A stretch of DNA of 25,850 bases, taken from Candidatus Diapherotrites archaeon CG10_big_fil_rev_8_21_14_0_10_31_34. GTDB taxonomy: Archaea; Iainarchaeota; Iainarchaeia; Iainarchaeales; 1-14-0-10-31-34. The number at the start of each line of letters is the position of its first letter. The first letter of the stretch is position 1. Positions 25,813 to 25,850 of this stretch are shown here, in pieces. The notes under the pieces are model-generated. The model was not told where the DNA came from. It did not search any database and saw nothing but the letters and a program-made list of their open reading frames with translations. Location: the NCBI GenBank assembly GCA_002763225.1, contig PFAI01000055.1, positions 1-25,850 of the forward strand, given 5' to 3'. A program made the translations under genes and the position numbers.

Positions 25813-25850
25813 TTTAATCACTTGAATAAAATAAGCTTTAAGGAAAATTA

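Overview
AT-rich archaeal chromosomal segment of mostly housekeeping genes. It is probably from a DPANN cluster-1 lineage such as Iainarchaeota/Diapherotrites; this is inferred from gene content, separate priS and priL genes and short intergenic spacers, and is not proven. The core is a minus-strand informational cluster: csl4-rpoL-signal peptidase I-pcna(A), then a 3.4-kb metabolic/transport insert, then pcna(B)-priL-[34-aa acidic micro-ORF]-priS-gins51-rps27e-aIF2alpha-PAC2. It is flanked by endonuclease Q, a RelBE-type toxin-antitoxin pair, an AmmeMemoRadiSam radical SAM gene, a membrane-proteostasis group (SpoIIM-like, SPFH, DUF373, LonB), RNase Z, L-aspartate oxidase, a geranylgeranyl-reductase-family enzyme and thioredoxin reductase. 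The most notable observations are: (1) two divergent PCNA paralogs 3.5 kb apart, the primase-linked one lacking the canonical C-terminal LAPR motif; (2) an unannotated, 50% acidic, 34-aa ORF with a strong Shine-Dalgarno site between priL and priS, in frame with priL; (3) short CCTTT/AAAGG-type palindromes, one cluster of which encodes the PriS C-terminal tail; (4) absence of rpl44e and nop10 from their usual cluster; (5) a tandem palindromic operator over the antitoxin start; (6) a wHTH-fusion gene at the left edge that the ORF track missed. No rRNA, tRNA, CRISPR array, integrase or transposase was seen.
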